DNA of 57,942 nucleotides. Source: a virus. Taxonomy: Duplodnaviria; Caudoviricetes. The translations under genes and the position numbers were made by a program. The first letter of the stretch is position 1; each line of letters opens with the position of its first letter. Shown here in pieces: positions 1-9,085 of this stretch. Where the stretch lies: IMG/VR virus record IMGVR_UViG_3300025009_000122, positions 1-57,942 of that record. One strand, given 5' to 3'. The notes under the pieces were generated by a model. That model was not told the DNA's origin and made no database searches. It saw nothing but the letters and a program-made list of their open reading frames with translations.

Positions 1-324
1 CCCCCCGGCCCAATTCGCCGCGCATTTGATGATTCGGTCGTTATCCTGTCCAATCGGCTCAGAGGCGGCTTTCATTTCCTTCGGATCCGTCGCCCTAAAG
101 CTGAAGATGTTCGCCATCCAGAGGCTGCCGTATCCCCACATGAAGGCATACTGGATGCACCGGCGCACGGTCGGATCGTCGATTTCTTCTGTCGCCGTCG
201 ATGGATTTAACCCGAGAAACATCGCTGGCGGTTTCGACGGATCCCAGGTCCTCCAGAGGAGATACCGGTAGGTTCGGCAGGGGGAGAAAAGGGCGCCTTT
301 TCGTGGCAAAGTTTGGAGCGTCAT
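1..324 (-). CDS. DUF1643 family protein, 5' part (continues at 57629-57816 across the circular junction)
   Basis: ATG at 324 overlaps the upstream TAA; translates MTLQTLPRKGALFSPCRTYRYLLWRTWD..MFLGLNPSTA..DDPTVRRC..WGYG..MANIF, characteristic of DUF1643. Confidence 0.85.
   Translation of the reverse strand, partial: MTLQTLPRKGALFSPCRTYRYLLWRTWDPSKPPAMFLGLNPSTATEEIDDPTVRRCIQYAFMWGYGSLWMANIFSFRATDPKEMKAASEPIGQDNDRIIKCAANWAGG
3..128. repeat. 126-bp terminal direct repeat (copy 1), assembly overlap of a circular genome
   Basis: Identical to 57817-57942; an ORF continues in frame across the junction. Confidence 0.95.
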
Positions 325-569
325 TACGCCTCTTTTACGGCCTTGGCTAGAGCGGCTTCAATCTGGTCTGATACTTTTTGAGGCCTCAACCATGGAAGCC
401 TTTCGATTTCGGCATAGGCCACTAAAAGCGCATCATAAAGCTCCCGCGCCAGCCCGGCCTTGACCCACTCGCCTGATTGATCTCCAGGCTCGGAGCATGT
501 GTATAGTCCGGGGCTATCTATTACGGATTTCAGCGTGATCGTTTTTATGTTCTTTTTTTTATCGTTCAT
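324..569 (-). CDS. hypothetical phage protein
   Basis: 81-aa ORF in the leftward operon, stop overlaps the next start. Confidence 0.6.
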   Translation of the reverse strand: MNDKKKNIKTITLKSVIDSPGLYTCSEPGDQSGEWVKAGLARELYDALLVAYAEIERLPWLRPQKVSDQIEAALAKAVKEA

Positions 570-678
570 GACTCATTCTTTCTGGTGTTGGGCGAGTGGG
601 CCGGGTGGAGTCCCGCAGCCAATCTGCTCCCCGCCGTGTCCCTGCCCAAAAGCTACGGAGGGGAAGCCCACTCGTAAG

Positions 679-972
679 TCAATCCTCTGGGTCATCTTTT
701 ACGGAGTTTCGAAGGCACTGACAAAGCGATTCAAACGCGGCGTTATACTCGATTTCATGCAAGCCGCCGCCTTCGGGTCCGTAAGCATGAGCCAAAGCAT
801 CAGGGCCAAAAACCCGCTTGAGCGCTGCCATGTCTTCCGGGTTATCCCTTCTGGCCGTGAAGATTGGTTCCATTGCCATTTTTTCCGCCTTCTTGCGCTG
901 CCCATCGCACGCAAGGCAACCAGAACCGCCGCAGAATCTGCAACCTCGAAAAGCGCCTTTGTATATCGCCAT
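679..972 (-). CDS. hypothetical protein with CxxCxGxGCxxC zinc motif
   Basis: GAGGGGG RBS; CRFCGGSGCLAC. Confidence 0.65.
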   Translation of the reverse strand: MAIYKGAFRGCRFCGGSGCLACDGQRKKAEKMAMEPIFTARRDNPEDMAALKRVFGPDALAHAYGPEGGGLHEIEYNAAFESLCQCLRNSVKDDPED

Positions 973-987
973 AAAACCCCCTCTGTT

Positions 988-1389
988 TCACTTCAGACAA
1001 AATAACCGACTATCAGGATAATCGACTTCGAAAAACCCAAGCTTCCCCTTGCACGAAAAGAACGGAAGCGGTTCCGGCCGAGCGATCAGGAAACCGTAAG
1101 GACCGAAGAACCAAGGCGACCCGCGAAGAAAATCGACGCACCCGACTATCTCGGCCTTTCCGATAATTCCACCCATCTCAAAATGCGTCGGCCCAGGCAT
1201 GATGATGGGAGACTTAAAGAGCTTGGGGGAATTTTCGAGAATCCACAAATACCCTTCTTTGTCGAATGTCTTCGACACATGGATCAAAACTGGCCCCCTG
1301 TACTTTGTGGGCCACGTCCGGTTTTCGACCATTTTCCCCCCGTGCAGAATCGCCCACGCCCACGGCTGTTTTATCGATAACGTTTTCAT
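988..1389 (-). CDS. ASCH domain protein
   Basis: LSIKQPWAWAILHGGKMVENRTW..YRGPVLIH..GGIIG..KGKLGFF signature. Confidence 0.9.
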   Translation of the reverse strand: MKTLSIKQPWAWAILHGGKMVENRTWPTKYRGPVLIHVSKTFDKEGYLWILENSPKLFKSPIIMPGPTHFEMGGIIGKAEIVGCVDFLRGSPWFFGPYGFLIARPEPLPFFSCKGKLGFFEVDYPDSRLFCLK

Positions 1390-1595
1390 CTCTGGTCCTC
1401 TCCATCCGGCTTGACCCGGAATTGAAACCTGTGGCTTTTGGACAGGTCTTTGACGGCCCGCCCGGCTCTATCTTTTGTGGCGTACCGATTCCAAAAACCC
1501 CAAGTATCCGTTCCGAAATACGGATTTATCCATTCCACGACAAACGGCTTTTTCTTCGCTCGCTTCTTGTGCTTCGGAATCTCGGGTTCGATCAC
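1386..1595 (-). CDS. hypothetical protein
   Basis: ATGA-coupled on both sides, RBS GAGGAG. Confidence 0.6.
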   Translation of the reverse strand: MIEPEIPKHKKRAKKKPFVVEWINPYFGTDTWGFWNRYATKDRAGRAVKDLSKSHRFQFRVKPDGEDQR

Positions 1596-1810
1596 GACTC
1601 CTCTCCTTCCGCGATCTCATCGAGCTTTTTCAATATTTCATCGATTTCTTTTTGAGCCTGCCTCATCCCCTCATGCCAATCGCATGTCCATGATCCCGCT
1701 CTCGCCGTATCCATGTTGGCGCAAGCGGTAATCCACTCTTTGTCGGCTATTGCGCTTCTGAGCTTCAGGAGTAGCTTGGTTTCTCTTTGATTTTTCGGCT
1801 GTTCGCTCAT
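1592..1810 (-). CDS. hypothetical protein (MSEQPKNQ...)
   Basis: Strong AAGGAGG RBS before ATG at 1810, inside the longer called ORF 1592-2077. Confidence 0.55.
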   Translation of the reverse strand: MSEQPKNQRETKLLLKLRSAIADKEWITACANMDTARAGSWTCDWHEGMRQAQKEIDEILKKLDEIAEGEES

Positions 1811-2073
1811 TCGGCCTCCTTTTTTTCTTTGGCGGGTAAAAGAGAATCCGCAATGCGCCGAATCTCTACCGCCAAGTCTTTTGAGACGGAGTGCGCCTTC
1901 TCCATCATTTTCGCTACCCGGCTGGCCGAATACGTTTTCTGAGGATAATCGTCCAATAGGTCGGATGGGAGGGCCGGGCTTATAAAGCGCGCAGTGGCTA
2001 TAATGCTGAATCGGAAGCGCAAGGGGTGCTCCGCAGCATGGCATCCGGCCGTAAATATCGCCTGATTGGTGGC

Positions 2074-2808
2074 TCATCCGAGATTCTCCTTTCTCGGAAA
2101 CTCCCTGATAATCGGCACGCCTTCCGGAGCCTTCTTAATAAAGACCGGTACTCCAGCCGCTTGGCATTGCTCAATGATAGAGAGGAACCATTCGGCCTTC
2201 GCGGGGCGAGCTCCGGGGCCAGTCTCTTGCCCGACAATCACCCAATCGAGCCACCGGAGCATCGGCGGGAGAAAGTCGAAGGGGCCGATAAGCGGCTCCA
2301 TGCTTATGAACCGAACGGCGGGAATGTCCTTGAGGGTAAGAATGCGGTGGTCTTCGCATTGGCTTTCGACCGTTGCGCCTGCCCACCAATTTTCAGGAAG
2401 AGGAGTGTTGGCACCAGATTTGAACCGAAGGCCTGCGTAATCATTCATAAGCTTGGCCATATTCTCCGGCCGCTTGGTAAGGAAAATGAAAGTGTGATGA
2501 TCGCAATACTCGGCGGTGCGGAAAACTTTCGGGGTTAAATCTTTGGGAACATCATCATGAAAAAGATCCCCCATCGAACAGACGAAGATCCGGCGCGGCT
2601 TTTTCCATATCTCTGGCAATTTCAGTTGATCAGGATGAAACACTCCTGGCTTGAAGGGTTCGTCTTCTGGGTATCCGTACCGCCCGCGAAGCCGGTGAGC
2701 CATGCGCTTGGCGTAGCATCTTGCGCACCCAGGCGAGATCGGAGAGCATCCAGTCACAGGGTTAATCGAGGCATCCGTCCATTCGATCTTGCTATTTTGC
2801 GCCATCAT
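2074..2808 (-). CDS. DUF5131 (phage Gp37/Gp68) radical-SAM-like protein
   Basis: SKIEWTD..NPVTGCSPISPGCARCYA, IFVCSMGDLFH, LTKRP, FISMEPL, DWVIVGQETG. Confidence 0.92.
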   Translation of the reverse strand: MMAQNSKIEWTDASINPVTGCSPISPGCARCYAKRMAHRLRGRYGYPEDEPFKPGVFHPDQLKLPEIWKKPRRIFVCSMGDLFHDDVPKDLTPKVFRTAEYCDHHTFIFLTKRPENMAKLMNDYAGLRFKSGANTPLPENWWAGATVESQCEDHRILTLKDIPAVRFISMEPLIGPFDFLPPMLRWLDWVIVGQETGPGARPAKAEWFLSIIEQCQAAGVPVFIKKAPEGVPIIREFPRKENLG

Positions 2809-2983
2809 TCACCTCCATTCTCTCCCATTCCGGGCAATCGTCGGGATCTTCATTGTTCGGACCTCTCCCATCTACCGTGCAATGGGTGCAGGCCATGACA
2901 TCCTCTTCGATGTTCATAAGGCAATCGTCTATATCGCCACCGCAATAGCAAAGTTCTCCACAATCAGGGCATTCGTGAGCCAT
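2792..2983 (-). CDS. small Cys-rich acidic protein
   Basis: MAHECPDCGELCYCGGD..CTHC; RBS GGAGG. Confidence 0.6.
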   Translation of the reverse strand: MAHECPDCGELCYCGGDIDDCLMNIEEDVMACTHCTVDGRGPNNEDPDDCPEWERMEVNDGAK

Positions 2984-3233
2984 CGTTCCCTCCTATAGTT
3001 GCGACCATCCCCCTAATCCCCCTCAATTCCCCCCGCAAAAGGCCACCCATCGGATACCCCATAGCCTTGTCGATCCGCTCAAGAATATCCCCGAGCTTCA
3101 CCGGCTTTTCCTTCTCCCGCTTCTCCCAACACTCGGGGCCATACCCTCTCGCGATGCTCACCGGGTCCGTTAGAATGCGGCCGCAGCGGAGACAGCGAAC
3201 GAAACCGGAGGGGAATAGCTCGGGCTGGTTCAT
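2964..3233 (-). CDS. DUF6011-like zinc-finger protein
   Basis: CLRCGRILTDPVSIARGYGPECW motif. Confidence 0.75.
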   Translation of the reverse strand: MNQPELFPSGFVRCLRCGRILTDPVSIARGYGPECWEKREKEKPVKLGDILERIDKAMGYPMGGLLRGELRGIRGMVATIGGNDGSRMP

Positions 3234-3622
3234 AGTTTAAAGACGATCCCCCGGCAGTATTTCTGACCGTCTTCCATAATGTCAAAAGTGGCATGCGGGA
3301 TATCGGTCTCATAAACCCATGCGTATCCGTCCCGGTCGAATATCCCTGTAACTTTTCTGGCATTCTTCTTTTGCGCCTCAAAATAGGGGCATTCGTCATT
3401 GTCGCAGTCATTCTGCAGAAGGCCGGCTGGTGTGAAAAATGCCTCCCCTTCGTCGTAGCAAGTCAATTCGTCGCTGACCGCTCCCCTGATTTCTATGAGA
3501 TCATCGGAGGCCCCAAAGATCACGACAAGCCCGCTTCTCTTTGCCGCCATTATTTCGCTGATCGAAATCTCTTTCAGGTATTCCCTTCCGTTCAGAAGGG
3601 CCGCGAATTCTTCTTTGGTCAT
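3230..3622 (-). CDS. conserved hypothetical phage protein
   Basis: AAGGAGG RBS; LNGREY..LVVIFGASDDLIE..IPHATFDIMEDG..YCRGIVF. Confidence 0.8.
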   Translation of the reverse strand: MTKEEFAALLNGREYLKEISISEIMAAKRSGLVVIFGASDDLIEIRGAVSDELTCYDEGEAFFTPAGLLQNDCDNDECPYFEAQKKNARKVTGIFDRDGYAWVYETDIPHATFDIMEDGQKYCRGIVFKL

Positions 3623-3633
3623 TTGGTGCCTCC

Positions 3634-3945
3634 TTAAAGTTTATTCCCGAGTGAAAGGTATTTATTCAGATGCTTCAAACAGATCGCAGCCGGGTTGAAC
3701 CCTTCCCAAAACTTCGCGAACCCTTCCCGCTCCCGCCTGTCGTGGCACCCCTCTTCTCCGGGGCGGGAAGCACAAAGGGAGATCCCCTGTAGATCCGAAA
3801 CCTTGGTGCTCATCCCCCTCTCCCCGAATGCTTCATGATGGAAATGGTTCGGCCCGGGTCGGCTGCAAACATCGCAGGGCTCAAGCCTTACGAATGCGCG
3901 GTACTTTTCGGAGCGGAACGGGGTGATTTTCGGGCAAGCGATCAT
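3634..3945 (-). CDS. DUF968/HNH-like putative nuclease
   Basis: RSEKYRAFVR..PCDVC..HH..GMSTKVSD..LC..CH pattern. Confidence 0.7.
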   Translation of the reverse strand: MIACPKITPFRSEKYRAFVRLEPCDVCSRPGPNHFHHEAFGERGMSTKVSDLQGISLCASRPGEEGCHDRREREGFAKFWEGFNPAAICLKHLNKYLSLGNKL

Positions 3946-4421
3946 CGCCTTATCCCCATTGCGAGGTGATACCGATCTTCCGGCCTCGGAAGGACGATCC
4001 CGATCCCGGCGGCGTCGTGCTCGATATCTTTAAGGTATTCCGTAAATTGGGCCGTGGTCGCTGTCGTGGTGCTCGTGAGCTTAACGATTGCGTCATATAA
4101 AGCCCTTGCCTCGACCTTCCCACCCATCCGGTAAACCTTCCGAACCGTCTCAATCGTTTCGGCATAATCCGGATCGTCTCTTTCGTAGATCGGAACGAGA
4201 AATTTTCCCTTGTACCGAAGATGAACCGCGTCCTTGGTTTCCCCGAGAGATGCCCCTATAATCGTGTGCCACATCCACATGAGAGAATTCTGAGCTACCG
4301 TTCTATCCTGGTGGTGCGGCCTGATTACGAGCTCGTGGAGCGGGGCGAACGGTATCAGGTTGATAATCTCGCTCGCCCGCTCCTTGAGGGAGGTGTCCCG
4401 TATGATGATCGTTTGCTTCAT
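3942..4421 (-). CDS. ninB: NinB/Orf-like recombination mediator protein
   Basis: RTVAQNSLMW motif and C-terminal STT..FTEYL..IE..GIVLP, as in the lambda NinB/YbcN family. Confidence 0.7.
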   Translation of the reverse strand: MKQTIIIRDTSLKERASEIINLIPFAPLHELVIRPHHQDRTVAQNSLMWMWHTIIGASLGETKDAVHLRYKGKFLVPIYERDDPDYAETIETVRKVYRMGGKVEARALYDAIVKLTSTTTATTAQFTEYLKDIEHDAAGIGIVLPRPEDRYHLAMGIRR

Positions 4422-6166
4422 GCCTCCCCAACGAACCGACTCACAGGGTTTTCGTAGACTTTTCCGTTCTCCCCCTCGGTGATCGTCGGCCGGATCGTCA
4501 AAATGAGCTGATTTCGGGCCCTAGTCATGGCAACGTAAAAGAGTCTCCGCTCCTCCTCGATCTCGCCCGCCGCGATCGCCTGCTTCGAAGGCATGATCCC
4601 GTCATTGCATCCGGCGATGATCACCGTAGGAAATTCAAGCCCCTTAGCTGCATGGACGGTCATGAGGTGCAGCGTGTCTGTTTCCTCTTCAACCTCGTCC
4701 TGGATGTCCCAGACGGCGAGCCATGCGAGGTAATCGGCAAGCGCTGGTTCCGCGCCGAGTGAACGCTCGTCGGCGTTGAAGGCGAAGTCTCTCGCAGGTA
4801 CAAACTTTTCGTCTTTCAAGAATTCATCGAGTTCCCACAAAGCGCCCACGAACGGCGACTCCTGATTGACCTTGAGAAAAAAATTCCCTTCCGGAATACC
4901 GTGCTTGTACCATTCCTCGAAGTGGCTCGCTCCGTCTTGCGCCGCTCTCAGCCTGATTTCGGCGTAATCGGTCGGCGTAAGCCCGATCAGCTCCCGGATC
5001 AACATGAACGAAAAGTTATCGTATGGATTGACGATGAGCTTCAGGAAGGCATGGAAACGGCGGAATTCCTCCGAGCCCGTCAGCTTCGTCTTCCGGCCGA
5101 CGTAGTTGTGCTGAATCCCGGCCTCGGTGAGGAGGGAGGAGAGCTTGAGCAGGAGGGCATGGTTGCGGGAAAGGACCGCCATGGACTCTTCCGGGAGAAG
5201 CCATGCGCGGATGATCTCGACAAGTTTTTCGGAATCTGCCTCTCGATGCACCTGGGGGCATGGCGGGGCGAGCACGGGCGCTTTCCTCACCGGCACCATC
5301 GTCTTTTCGATTCTCCCCCGGTTGTGCGCGATCAACCTATTCGAGGCCTCGACGATTTCCGCGACGCTCCGGTAATTCGTTTCGAGCCGGTAGATATCGA
5401 ATTCATGTTGCTGCTCGATGAGGTATTCGGGAACGGCGCCGCGAAAGGCATATATGCTCTGGTCTGCATCCCCAACGGCGAAAAGAGAGGCGCCGGTCAT
5501 ATCGCAAAGATGATTAATGATGCTCCATTGCATCGGGTCTATGTCCTGGCATTCATCCACCATGATGTGCCGGATGTGGAGATGCTTCGCCATGATCGGT
5601 ATCAGGCGCCACATGGCATGGAGAAGCTCCCCGTAGGTCGTGGAGTTGTTTTCCCGGCATCGGTTTATAAAGGCGGCAAAGAGAGCCTTTCCTGGATCGT
5701 TCTCGCGTGGAAGTTCGCCCCGCTCGTAATACGCGGCAAACATGGCATCGATCTCTTTTTTCGGGACCTTCCAAGATTTTTTGAAGACCCCGAGCTCGGC
5801 CGCCACTTCCTTGAGTAAGAATGACTCTTCCCATTCGGAATAAATGGTTACGTTCGACGGACGCAGGCCGATGGTTTCACCGAATTTCCGGACCATCTGC
5901 AGGGAGATACCGTGCATGGTCCCGAGGTAGCAACGGTGGGCTTTCGATCCGATCCGGGTTTCGAGGCGGGTCCGGATCTCGCCGGCCGCCTTCCGGGTGA
6001 AGGAGAACGCCATTATTTCAAAGGGGCTCACCTTTTTATTTTCGATCAGGTGGGCGATCCGTTCGGTTAATACGCGGGTTTTCCCGGATCCGGCCCCGGC
6101 GATCACAAGGGCGCGCCTCGATTCGGTTTCAACGGCCGCCTGCTGTTGAGGGTCAAGCTGCATCAT
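4418..6166 (-). CDS. uvrD: UvrD/PcrA/Rep family SF1 DNA helicase
   Basis: AGAGSGKT, FTRKAA, VDECQD, VGDADQSIYAFRGA, NYRS, TVHAAKGLEF, EERRLFYVAMTRAR; GGAGGTG RBS before ATG at 6166. Confidence 0.95.
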   Translation of the reverse strand: MMQLDPQQQAAVETESRRALVIAGAGSGKTRVLTERIAHLIENKKVSPFEIMAFSFTRKAAGEIRTRLETRIGSKAHRCYLGTMHGISLQMVRKFGETIGLRPSNVTIYSEWEESFLLKEVAAELGVFKKSWKVPKKEIDAMFAAYYERGELPRENDPGKALFAAFINRCRENNSTTYGELLHAMWRLIPIMAKHLHIRHIMVDECQDIDPMQWSIINHLCDMTGASLFAVGDADQSIYAFRGAVPEYLIEQQHEFDIYRLETNYRSVAEIVEASNRLIAHNRGRIEKTMVPVRKAPVLAPPCPQVHREADSEKLVEIIRAWLLPEESMAVLSRNHALLLKLSSLLTEAGIQHNYVGRKTKLTGSEEFRRFHAFLKLIVNPYDNFSFMLIRELIGLTPTDYAEIRLRAAQDGASHFEEWYKHGIPEGNFFLKVNQESPFVGALWELDEFLKDEKFVPARDFAFNADERSLGAEPALADYLAWLAVWDIQDEVEEETDTLHLMTVHAAKGLEFPTVIIAGCNDGIMPSKQAIAAGEIEEERRLFYVAMTRARNQLILTIRPTITEGENGKVYENPVSRFVGEA

Positions 6167-6729
6167 TTCACCTCCACAACGGACCATTCTGTCGGGGTGA
6201 GTGGCGGAACGTGGCAGGTCGAAAGTACGACCTGAACATCTTCGGGGAGCCTCGAAAGGTGCTCAAGGGCGACAAGGAGACGCGCATCGTCAAGCTCGGC
6301 CGCCTCGACGATGAGGATCTTCTCCCCTTCCCCGAGCATGGCGAAGGAAAGAGCCTGATTGAAAAGCACCCGCTGGCCCCCGGAAAGACCTTTATGCGGA
6401 CGGCGCACCCCGTTCAGCTCCCATCCGATCCAGACGCTTCCGTCTTCGCCGATCTCGAGAAGCGCTTTCCCCTCGGGAAGCACAAGGCTCATCTTCTCGG
6501 AAAGCGCCTCCGCGGTCGAAGCGAGCGCCGCCGCTTTCTGTCCCCTCAGCTCGGCAAGTTCTTCCTTTACCGTCTGATTGTCGAGCTCGATCTTTGTAAC
6601 GTCCTTCCGGGCCTTTTCGATTTCCTCGTCGAGCCCCTTCGCTTTATGGAAGAGGTTCTCGCCGGTTCGGAGTTCCGTCAGCTTCGCCTGCAAGCCGGTC
6701 ACCTGTTGAGTGAGCATTTCGATGTCCAT
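6163..6729 (-). CDS. Rad50/SbcC-like ABC ATPase, C-terminal half
   Basis: Coiled coil, then LSGGQ signature, ILIVEAAELD (Walker B/D-loop) and LSTCH (H-loop); no Walker A. Confidence 0.75.
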   Translation of the reverse strand: MDIEMLTQQVTGLQAKLTELRTGENLFHKAKGLDEEIEKARKDVTKIELDNQTVKEELAELRGQKAAALASTAEALSEKMSLVLPEGKALLEIGEDGSVWIGWELNGVRRPHKGLSGGQRVLFNQALSFAMLGEGEKILIVEAAELDDARLLVALEHLSRLPEDVQVVLSTCHVPPLTPTEWSVVEVK

Positions 6730-6747
6730 CGATCAGATCCCCCCTTT

Positions 6748-7803
6748 CTATGCCGCCTGTTCCTTCCGGTATTTTTTCAGCTCTCGGAGACACACGAGCT
6801 GCGCCGCGCATGCGGAACAGCCGGTGCGCTTCATGGTGTCGATGATGGCGTGAATACTCTCCTCCGGATTTGGCGCCGGAGGATGATTCGGCATCCTTGC
6901 CATAAGTCGCGCCTCTGCCGCCTTGATGTCTCGCTCGCGCTGGCTGAGAGCGGCGGGAGTGCATACTGAAGGCATGGAAGCCGCTGCATCTGCCTGCGCC
7001 TCTTCCCGCCCCTCCTGCTTCGCCACTTCGAGCTTGACATGGAGATCGCTTTCGGCTTTTGCCTTCGCCTCTGCTTCCAGCCTTACGCGGTCTTTCTCGG
7101 CCTTCTCTGCGGCCTCCCGGTCAGCCTTCTCCTTCGCTTCAGCCCGAGCTTTTTCGATCTTCGCCGCTTCGATATTTTTGCGCGCCTGCGCGATCTGCGC
7201 TTCGGTCTCCGAGATTTTCCCGGTCGTTTCGGCGAGTGTCCCGGATGGGAGGTTGATCTCGGCGCGGCCGGTCGTGAGCCGCGCAATCGTCTTCCCGAGA
7301 TCCCGGATATCCGCCTGATACTTGTTCGCCGCCGCTTTCTTCGCCTCGATCTTCGCGTCCAGGTCGCCGATGTCCCCCGCCGGCGGGAAGAGGGAAAAAA
7401 TCGCATCGATCTTCTTTTGATCGGAGAGATCCAGAAAAGCGCCAAGGTCGAAAACTCGGATCGCTCCGAGTGCCCGCGCAAAATCTTCCTTGCTTGCCTT
7501 TTTGCGGTTGAGGAGAAGGTCCTGGGACACAGAGTCGCCTTCTCCTTTTGCAAACCTGCGGAGGAAGTGCTTCCGATCGCTCGTTTCGATGCCTACGAAA
7601 AGCTTATCGCCGGATCCGTAGGCGGACATGATGTCGGCGTTTTTCTTAGCGACTCCGGGCACGAAACCATGCACCGTCAGCATCAACGCCTCGGTGCGGG
7701 CGGTCTTGCCAACTCCGTTTTTGCCGCAGAGAAGTGTGAGGCGGGGGAGGGGTTGCTCGAATTCGAGTCCCTTGAAACCCTTTGCGCTTACCTTTGTGAT
7801 CAT
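6748..7803 (-). CDS. Rad50/SbcC-like ABC ATPase, N-terminal half (AAA_23-like)
   Basis: MITKVSAKGFKG..TLLCGKNGVGKT Walker A, long coiled coil, C-terminal CSAC. Confidence 0.85.
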   Translation of the reverse strand: MITKVSAKGFKGLEFEQPLPRLTLLCGKNGVGKTARTEALMLTVHGFVPGVAKKNADIMSAYGSGDKLFVGIETSDRKHFLRRFAKGEGDSVSQDLLLNRKKASKEDFARALGAIRVFDLGAFLDLSDQKKIDAIFSLFPPAGDIGDLDAKIEAKKAAANKYQADIRDLGKTIARLTTGRAEINLPSGTLAETTGKISETEAQIAQARKNIEAAKIEKARAEAKEKADREAAEKAEKDRVRLEAEAKAKAESDLHVKLEVAKQEGREEAQADAAASMPSVCTPAALSQRERDIKAAEARLMARMPNHPPAPNPEESIHAIIDTMKRTGCSACAAQLVCLRELKKYRKEQAA

Positions 7804-7813
7804 GCCGCCCTCC

Positions 7814-9085
7814 TTAAAATTGATCGAGAATTTCGCTGATCTTCTTTACGATCGCGGTCATCTGCTCGATGTTATGGGTTCCCTTCGGGTTCAGCCTGAG
7901 AGACTTGCAGGCCTCGGCGTATTCGGCCTTAAACTGCTCCTGCGCCTCTTTGTAGTTGATAGCGGTCCGCTTCTCTTCCTCGGTCATGTTTGGGACTTCC
8001 TTTGAAGGAGTGGTGGCGGTGGTTTCGGGCGAACGAGGCTGTTCTGCCTTCTTCGCCTCTTCCTGCTTTTCGACGCTCACCGGTTCAATATCAATGATGT
8101 CGGTCTGGTCTTCGGGATCGGTCTGCTTTTCAAGCTCGTCGACCCCCGCCTCGTCGCTTACCCGCTCGGCGCCTTCTTTCGCCTCGATCTTGCGTGTTTC
8201 GAAACCGTCCCCGCCTGAGGCGATCAACTTTCCGGCTGCTTCCCGGAGATTCGCATACGTGGTCGCATCCCACTTCACGATGTTGCCGTTCGTCGGCCGC
8301 CAGCAAAGGACCGCGATTTTCCATTCGGCCCCCGGAGCCTTCTGAAGGCCGGAAAGATGCTTCAGGGCATTTCGTTTGGCGAACGTCTGCGCGAAGTCGA
8401 TCGCCTTCTTTTCCCGGTTCAGGATCTGCGCGAACCAGGAAAGCGCCTCCTCGTGGGCGGTGTTCACCCAAAGGGCCGTTGATTCGTCGAAGGGGTAGCT
8501 GGCCCATGTCGATTTATCCTTTTCCCCTTCTTTCGGTGGTTCTCCCATGGAGGTTGGGAACAGCCGGAAGGCCTGGGGGAACTTCTTCGCTTTTCCGAGG
8601 AGATCGATCATCCGATAGGATGGCGTATCGAAGATCGTCGTCCAGTCCGATACCTGGGGAATCCCCTTGGAACTGAACTTGAACGCCACAGCACGGGCAT
8701 AGATGCAGAGGATTCTCCGGTTGTGCGGATCGCGGATCACGGCCGGGTTTTGCTGCCATTGACCATCGACCAGGACCTCCTTTGGAAAAATAACGGAAGC
8801 GCCGACAGCCTCCTGCCATACCTCGTATCCCTGGGCGGAAACAACGTATGGACCGCCGGGAACCGGCTGAATCAGGGTGCCGGCCGCCACCGAAAGAGTG
8901 AGCCCCTGTTTAAACGCACGAATCTGGCCTTCGCCTTCTGCGTCGCGAAGCGCGAACGCCTCATCCGTACCGAGCGCGATGATATCTTTCCGGATCGCCG
9001 CCTCGATGACCGCGGCTTCCCCCGGATGAGAGGCTTTGATATTTTCGACCGCCTGCTTTAAACTCACCATTGGTAAATTGCTCAA
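7814..9085 (-). CDS. hypothetical protein, possible RecT/Red-beta-like single-strand annealing protein
   Basis: 423 aa; VVSAQGY and AQTFAKRNAL loosely resemble annealase motifs; acidic tail; located in the recombination cluster. Function is inference. Confidence 0.45.
   Translation of the reverse strand: MSNLPMVSLKQAVENIKASHPGEAAVIEAAIRKDIIALGTDEAFALRDAEGEGQIRAFKQGLTLSVAAGTLIQPVPGGPYVVSAQGYEVWQEAVGASVIFPKEVLVDGQWQQNPAVIRDPHNRRILCIYARAVAFKFSSKGIPQVSDWTTIFDTPSYRMIDLLGKAKKFPQAFRLFPTSMGEPPKEGEKDKSTWASYPFDESTALWVNTAHEEALSWFAQILNREKKAIDFAQTFAKRNALKHLSGLQKAPGAEWKIAVLCWRPTNGNIVKWDATTYANLREAAGKLIASGGDGFETRKIEAKEGAERVSDEAGVDELEKQTDPEDQTDIIDIEPVSVEKQEEAKKAEQPRSPETTATTPSKEVPNMTEEEKRTAINYKEAQEQFKAEYAEACKSLRLNPKGTHNIEQMTAIVKKISEILDQF

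Noticed and set aside
3-128. Biological terminal repeats
   Set aside because: The repeat falls mid-gene and has the size of an assembler overlap; treated as a circularity artefact
1807-2077. Frameshifted gene between DUF5131 and the MSEQ ORF
   Set aside because: Two overlapping frames are each plausible and cannot be resolved without homologues or reads
6730-6750. Readthrough joining the Rad50 halves
   Set aside because: Same frame, but TAG is followed by an in-frame TGA and an RBS
4418-7803. Gabija-like defence system (ABC ATPase + UvrD)
   Set aside because: No TOPRIM/OLD nuclease domain, and the genes are embedded in the early recombination operon
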